IMG/VR virus record: IMGVR_UViG_3300047548_000593
Strand: one strand, 5' to 3'
DNA length: 20,000 bases
Origin: an uncultured virus (IMG/VR IMGVR_UViG_3300047548_000593)
Lineage: Duplodnaviria; Heunggongvirae; Uroviricota; Caudoviricetes
The notes beneath the pieces are model-generated. The model had not been told where the DNA came from and ran no database searches. It saw nothing but the letters and a program-made list of their open reading frames with translations. Each line of letters starts with the position of its first letter. Position 1 is the stretch's first letter. Shown here piece after piece: positions 16,052 through 20,000 of this stretch. A program made the position numbers and the translations under genes.

Positions 16052-16576
16052 GGGAAAGTTATTTACTTTATCCCTAACTTCGTCATATTGCTTATAGCAC
16101 ATAATGAGTTCTTGCTTTAGTTGCTCGGTGTCTTTAGCAAACCTTGCAAGAAATCTTCCATCATCTGCATATAGTTCTTTTCCAGTAGCTCCTTTGGAGC
16201 TTTCTGAATTGGAGGAACCTGTATTGTTACTGGATTGCTTTGAACTATCGGCTGGTCTTTCGGGACGCTGCTGCAAGCTGCTAACAAGAGCATTGTACCT
16301 AGCATTAAGGTTTTTAATTTCAGCATCCTTCTTCTCCTTTAATTGTTCTCGACTTCTAATTAAACTCTTCTCAGCCTCTAGGCTTTTTCTTTCAAGGTCT
16401 TGTTTAATTTGAGCCTGCTCTTTTCTGATAGAGTCTACTTTACTTACCCAAACTACTCTTTCGGCCTCTACCGCCTTTTTGATGGCCTTCTTAGCTAAAT
16501 CATCATGCACCATCCAACTAAGGGCTAGTGCAGCTAAAATAGCTACGAGTTTAATATGCCAAAGTTCTAGTTTCAT
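16046..16576 (-). CDS. Rz-like inner-membrane spanin
   Basis: N-terminal TM followed by coiled coil and a Ser-rich linker. It follows the lysozyme, and ATG 16576 overlaps the lysozyme stop. Confidence 0.85.
   Translation of the reverse strand: MKLELWHIKLVAILAALALSWMVHDDLAKKAIKKAVEAERVVWVSKVDSIRKEQAQIKQDLERKSLEAEKSLIRSREQLKEKKDAEIKNLNARYNALVSSLQQRPERPADSSKQSSNNTGSSNSESSKGATGKELYADDGRFLARFAKDTEQLKQELIMCYKQYDEVRDKVNNFPK
16117..16326 (-). CDS. Rz1-like outer-membrane lipoprotein spanin, embedded in Rz
   Basis: Signal peptide with lipobox LAAC and a Pro-rich mature part, in an alternative frame fully inside Rz. Confidence 0.85.
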   Translation of the reverse strand: MLKLKTLMLGTMLLLAACSSVPKDQPIVQSNPVTIQVPPIQKAPKELLEKNYMQMMEDFLQGLLKTPSN

Positions 16577-17049
16577 TATCCACCCATACAAAGTTTATAT
16601 TCTTCTTGCCTTCTTTTGGTAAGCCCTGCTAGAGGCTGGCCCTTAAATTTATCCCATTTCAGGATCTCTTTACAGGCTCCGTCATAGTCATAGGCTTTGA
16701 GTTTCTTTGCTAAGGTACTGCTGCAAAAAGCACCCTGACCAATGTTATATGTCAAAGACACATAGGCATCGAATTCATGTTGATACATAGGAACAGGAGC
16801 GCAACGCTTGACAGCCTCTTCAAAGACTTTGATATCCTCGCCAAGGCGCTTTAAAGCCGCTACAGGCGTTGTTCTCTGGTTCATCCTGACTGGGGTACTA
16901 TCTAGGTTCGTAGTACTCCCAAAACCGATTGTAGGCACATCTCCTGGGACAGGGATATACGCTGTATCCCTATACCCTTCATGAGCAGCAATCGTAATGA
17001 GAGCCGTTGCACTTAGAACAATACCAGCAATCTTAGTCCTGTCCATCAT
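16576..17049 (-). CDS. GH24 lysozyme, probable SAR endolysin
   Basis: A weakly hydrophobic Ala/Gly-rich N-terminus runs into HEG...TIGFG. It also has FDAYVSLTYNIG and GLTKRRQEE. Confidence 0.93.
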   Translation of the reverse strand: MMDRTKIAGIVLSATALITIAAHEGYRDTAYIPVPGDVPTIGFGSTTNLDSTPVRMNQRTTPVAALKRLGEDIKVFEEAVKRCAPVPMYQHEFDAYVSLTYNIGQGAFCSSTLAKKLKAYDYDGACKEILKWDKFKGQPLAGLTKRRQEEYKLCMGG

Positions 17050-17275
17050 CTTCCTGCATCTTTTTCTCGTGCATCTCTTTTTCTAATAGGTAGTGCTTAT
17101 GCTTGTAGTACCAGTTTACCAAGAAACCTCCTACGCCAAGCAGAATACCGATTAGTACGCCAAATTCTGAAGACATCATCCATCCTAAAATACTTGCGCC
17201 AGCTCCGGTATATGTAGCTTTACTACCTACTGCCGCCATTGTTGCATCAAAAGCCCCTTGAGTATCTACTGACAT
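17033..17275 (-). CDS. Holin (HP1-like, small, 2 hydrophobic segments)
   Basis: KATYTGAG...GILLGVGGFLVNWYYK with a charged tail, directly upstream of the lysozyme. Confidence 0.85.
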   Translation of the reverse strand: MSVDTQGAFDATMAAVGSKATYTGAGASILGWMMSSEFGVLIGILLGVGGFLVNWYYKHKHYLLEKEMHEKKMQEDDGQD

Positions 17276-17304
17276 AATCTAACCCGCTAAAATAATATTG
17301 ATTC

Positions 17305-17339
17305 AAAAGAAAAGCCTGTCCTAAGCTAATAAGACAGGC
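17305..17339 (-). terminator. Rho-independent terminator upstream of the holin
   Basis: The minus-strand RNA reads GCCUGUCUUA-uuagcu-UAGGACAGGC followed by UUUUCUUUU. Confidence 0.85.
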
Positions 17340-17351
17340 GTGTTAAGTACT

Positions 17352-17380
17352 ATTATACCATAATGTCTACTGAAAATCAA
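17352..17380 (-). promoter_or_regulatory. Sigma70 promoter facing the lysis cassette
   Basis: Minus strand TTGATT, 17 bp spacer, TATAAT, with an extended TG. Confidence 0.8.
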
Positions 17381-17426
17381 GGTAAATTAGTCGGAATAGA
17401 CTTAGTTTACCAAGTAGAATTATGGC

Positions 17427-17633
17427 TTATTTCGCACCAGCTTTCGGTTGAAAATAGTATTCAGCCTTGATGGGATCGAATAGAACGTCGATTGACCTGT
17501 TAAAATCATCCAGCGAGTTTGTAAAAACAGGTGTGAACTCGTTTAAGAAATCGACATTAGAGCTGACTTGCTCTTCTGACTCCAATGTCTCAGAGACTTC
17601 TCCTGTTTTCTTATCTAAAATAAAAATTTTCAT
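17427..17633 (-). CDS. Small protein after the tail fibre (possible fibre chaperone or accessory)
   Basis: ATG lies 5 nt after the fibre stop, and TTG 17648 is the alternative start. Function is inferred from position only. Confidence 0.6.
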   Translation of the reverse strand: MKIFILDKKTGEVSETLESEEQVSSNVDFLNEFTPVFTNSLDDFNRSIDVLFDPIKAEYYFQPKAGAK

Positions 17634-17638
17634 AGTAC

Positions 17639-18709
17639 TTATAGCCAAGAGTTAAAAGAGATTGAAAAATAGACGTATAGTTTATCAATACTTGCTCCAC
17701 TCAAAGCACCTGAGTAATGTGTAAACGCCACTGAAGAGTTTGGTGGAATATCCTGAGTGGTTGTTGTAGTACGCAAGACATTAAAACCGCTTGTGGTACT
17801 GTCAATAATAATAGTACCTCCACTGTGTGTAGTACTATTTACAATCGCACCACCTCTGATAACATAGTACCGATATGTGTCATCGCACCTAGAAAATACA
17901 CCACCAACAACGTTCACACGGAGCGTAGAATCACTCAAATTGTTAATCGTAATCTGATTAGCACCGAGATAAGTAGCACTAACTGGAGTACCGAATTCAT
18001 CTGTGAAAAGTTGATACCTTGTGTTGTATAAAGCACCTCTACCATTGTTAGGAACTTGCCCACCGCTGTACCAACTAATATTGATATCTGAGTCGGTTGC
18101 AGTTCCAATTGTAGAATAACCGGCAGCACTTGTATACTGCATAATAGCTTTCATTGGATCACGAGATAATGTGTCTCCGTTATTAAAACGAATACCGTTT
18201 GTAAATGTCTTAGTGCCACCGATAGTTTGATCACCAGTGGTATATACACCATTAGTTACAGTTGCTGCATTAGTAGCTGTAGAGGCATTACCGTTCAGAT
18301 TACCTACGATAGTATTAGTGAATGTTTTAATACCAGAGATAGTTTGATCACCGGATGTTCCTACATCACCTGTACCAGAGATCTGACGGTAATTTGTAGT
18401 ATCTGAACTTGGGTCTACAGCACCAGCGCCAGCGGCTGTAATCCTACGGTAAACCAAACCATTGATAGGACTCCACACAGCAGCGCCCTCTGCATAGGTA
18501 GTTCCAGAAACCCATTTAGTTACGTTTGAAACAGCTACAGCGGCACTAGCAGCAGCTACAGCAGATGCCTCTTGATTGCTGATGGTTGTAGCTGTAGTGT
18601 TAGCTTCTGTTACAAATGTTGGTAAAGCACTCAAAAAAGCATCAGCTCTGTCGTTGAAGTTAACAGGGTCTTGTCTTGAAGGAGGCGTTGGTAAAGGTGT
18701 AATAGCCAT
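17639..18709 (-). CDS. Tail fibre / receptor-binding protein
   Basis: N-terminal anchor ITPLPTPPSR.DP.NF..RADAFL, a CBM5/12-like W..GTTY..G..V segment, two GDQTI.G.KTFT fibre repeats and a beta-rich C-terminus. Confidence 0.8.
   Translation of the reverse strand: MAITPLPTPPSRQDPVNFNDRADAFLSALPTFVTEANTTATTISNQEASAVAAASAAVAVSNVTKWVSGTTYAEGAAVWSPINGLVYRRITAAGAGAVDPSSDTTNYRQISGTGDVGTSGDQTISGIKTFTNTIVGNLNGNASTATNAATVTNGVYTTGDQTIGGTKTFTNGIRFNNGDTLSRDPMKAIMQYTSAAGYSTIGTATDSDINISWYSGGQVPNNGRGALYNTRYQLFTDEFGTPVSATYLGANQITINNLSDSTLRVNVVGGVFSRCDDTYRYYVIRGGAIVNSTTHSGGTIIIDSTTSGFNVLRTTTTTQDIPPNSSVAFTHYSGALSGASIDKLYVYFSISFNSWL
18203..18358 (-). repeat. Two tail-fibre repeat units
   Basis: GATAGTTTGATCACC is identical at 18221-18235 and 18338-18352. 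The protein repeats are TSGDQTISGIKTFT and TTGDQTIGGTKTFT. Confidence 0.85.
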
Positions 18710-18722
18710 ATTTCTTCCTTTA

Positions 18723-20000
18723 TTAAATTAGACCCTCAATCTCCAAATTACAAATTGAAGAAGTTGGGTATGAGATTTCTGTTGAAAAGTCTTTATAGAA
18801 GCCAAAGACAATTAAAGGCTCTTCATAAGTTAGATCGTCACTACCAATCCACAGAGCAGGTGTCGCTCGTAGTGAATAAAGTAATCGTTGAACTCTGTTA
18901 ATATTTGAGTTACTAATCATAATCTGGGAGTTCATTCTCTTACTGTAATTTCTCACTGTAAGACTAGTTTCCCCAAATTCGTCTGTCTCTTTCTTGGAGT
19001 AATCAATAATACCTGTACTAGCTCCATATTGAGTATCACCGATTTGTTTAATCTGCCCTTGCACATAATTGCCAATCTGGACATTAGTACCATTGATTCG
19101 AACTGAAATATACTGATTAGCAAGACCAACAATATTGAAAAAGTTTGCTTGTGTTCTAGCAGTATCTTGATCAAAGTAGAAATAGCTGTACCAATCAATA
19201 GATTCCGAGCCAGCCAACTGTTCAGTCGCTGTATAGTTTACAGTCGAATTTGTACTAACAGCTATTGAAACACTGTTGCCAATTAGGTTGAGTAAACTGA
19301 TTGTGTCTTCTGAGTTAGCTAGAACTACGAAGTCAAGTGTACCAGCTGAAGTAGTTGCTGTGCTTACCTTGTCGTCAAAACAAGCCATCTTATTTGTCGG
19401 GCCAATTCTTAGCCAGTAAGTAGGTTCTGTATTTGGTGGTTTGAATAGGTTATTATTTTGTAAACTCTTATAAGTACCGTAGATACCATATGTGACAATC
19501 TGGCCTATGCTGTATGTAGTACCTGTCAACCAGTTAGGGTATGCGTTAGTAGCTGACGTATACAGCAAACCTGTTCCAGCTACAACGTCAGCAGAACGAC
19601 TAGCAGTCGAGCTTTCGGTTTTAATATAACTGGTTGCTTTACTTCCTGCTTCTACTTGATGACCGAAAAACAGAATGCCAGATACACCATCACCTAACCA
19701 AGGTGCTGCGCTGTTAGCTGTGTTACATAAAAGATAAGCAAACTCAATGGTTCCAGAGGTTTGCATGGTTTTTGTTGTTGAAATTCTGTACCAGTTATTT
19801 TGTAATTTTTCAATATTACCAGTAACACCACCAATTAAATCTCCAACTGCTCCTGTGGATAAGTTGAAAAATACGCTGCCGCCTCCAGCAGTACCGTTCC
19901 AGTTAATACCTAGATGATTTACACCAGCTGCCTTAACGTACAATGACATTGTGTAGGTACTGCCACTTGTGACTGAAATACTTCCCGGACTTACTAAATA
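18723..20000 (-). CDS. Tail protein with carbohydrate-binding-like modules, 5'-truncated
   Basis: The frame stays open from 19949 to the window edge (YLVSPGSISVTSGSTYT-MSLYVK). It contains NWYRI...QVEAGSKATSYIKT, W..GTTY..G..V and GIIDYSKKETDEFG. Confidence 0.8.
   Translation of the reverse strand, partial: YLVSPGSISVTSGSTYTMSLYVKAAGVNHLGINWNGTAGGGSVFFNLSTGAVGDLIGGVTGNIEKLQNNWYRISTTKTMQTSGTIEFAYLLCNTANSAAPWLGDGVSGILFFGHQVEAGSKATSYIKTESSTASRSADVVAGTGLLYTSATNAYPNWLTGTTYSIGQIVTYGIYGTYKSLQNNNLFKPPNTEPTYWLRIGPTNKMACFDDKVSTATTSAGTLDFVVLANSEDTISLLNLIGNSVSIAVSTNSTVNYTATEQLAGSESIDWYSYFYFDQDTARTQANFFNIVGLANQYISVRINGTNVQIGNYVQGQIKQIGDTQYGASTGIIDYSKKETDEFGETSLTVRNYSKRMNSQIMISNSNINRVQRLLYSLRATPALWIGSDDLTYEEPLIVFGFYKDFSTEISYPTSSICNLEIEGLI

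Noticed and set aside
941..19198. Other short antisense or alternate-frame ORFs in the track (e.g. 941-1198, 3893-4180, 5881-6087, 14423-14638, 15549-15911, 16104-16412, 18953-19198)
   Set aside because: They are shadows of well-supported genes with no recognisable motifs. Only 16117-16326 (Rz1) has independent support.
1..20000. Stop-codon reassignment (all called genes end in TAA or TGA, none in TAG)
   Set aside because: Genes are full length under the standard code with no in-frame TAG and no suppressor tRNA. TAG is simply rare.
17639..20000. DGR, invertible tail cassette or CRISPR array
   Set aside because: No reverse transcriptase, invertase, adenine-variable repeat pair or repeat-spacer periodicity was seen.

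Overview
The window is a gene-dense piece of a lytic tailed dsDNA phage. A Gram-negative host is supported by the spanins, and a freshwater betaproteobacterial host is a guess from the gene families. The + strand (1-16008) is the replication and nucleotide arm. It carries small early hypotheticals, a DRB0094-type RNA ligase, a T7 gp4-like primase-helicase, a family A DNA polymerase, tRNA-Arg(UCU), SSB, a DsbA/GapR-like protein, a 5'-3' exonuclease, a possible nucleotide-sponge anti-defence protein, an endonuclease VII-like resolvase, an HTH-DEDD nuclease, two tandem NTP pyrophosphatases, class I RNR beta and alpha, and thioredoxin. The - strand (16046-20000) converges on it at a bidirectional terminator and carries tail genes and a holin / SAR-lysozyme / Rz / embedded Rz1 lysis cassette. 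Near-consensus sigma70 promoters and intrinsic terminators are readable. The most unusual signals are: (1) an RNR with Gln at the normally invariant catalytic Asn and a rearranged beta metal site; (2) the same GCTAATAA octamer in three terminator loops; (3) a promoter immediately followed by a terminator in front of the lysis genes; (4) a candidate pseudoknot in the SSB leader; (5) a structured non-coding tract behind the tRNA. All family assignments are by eye from motifs, and no searches were run.
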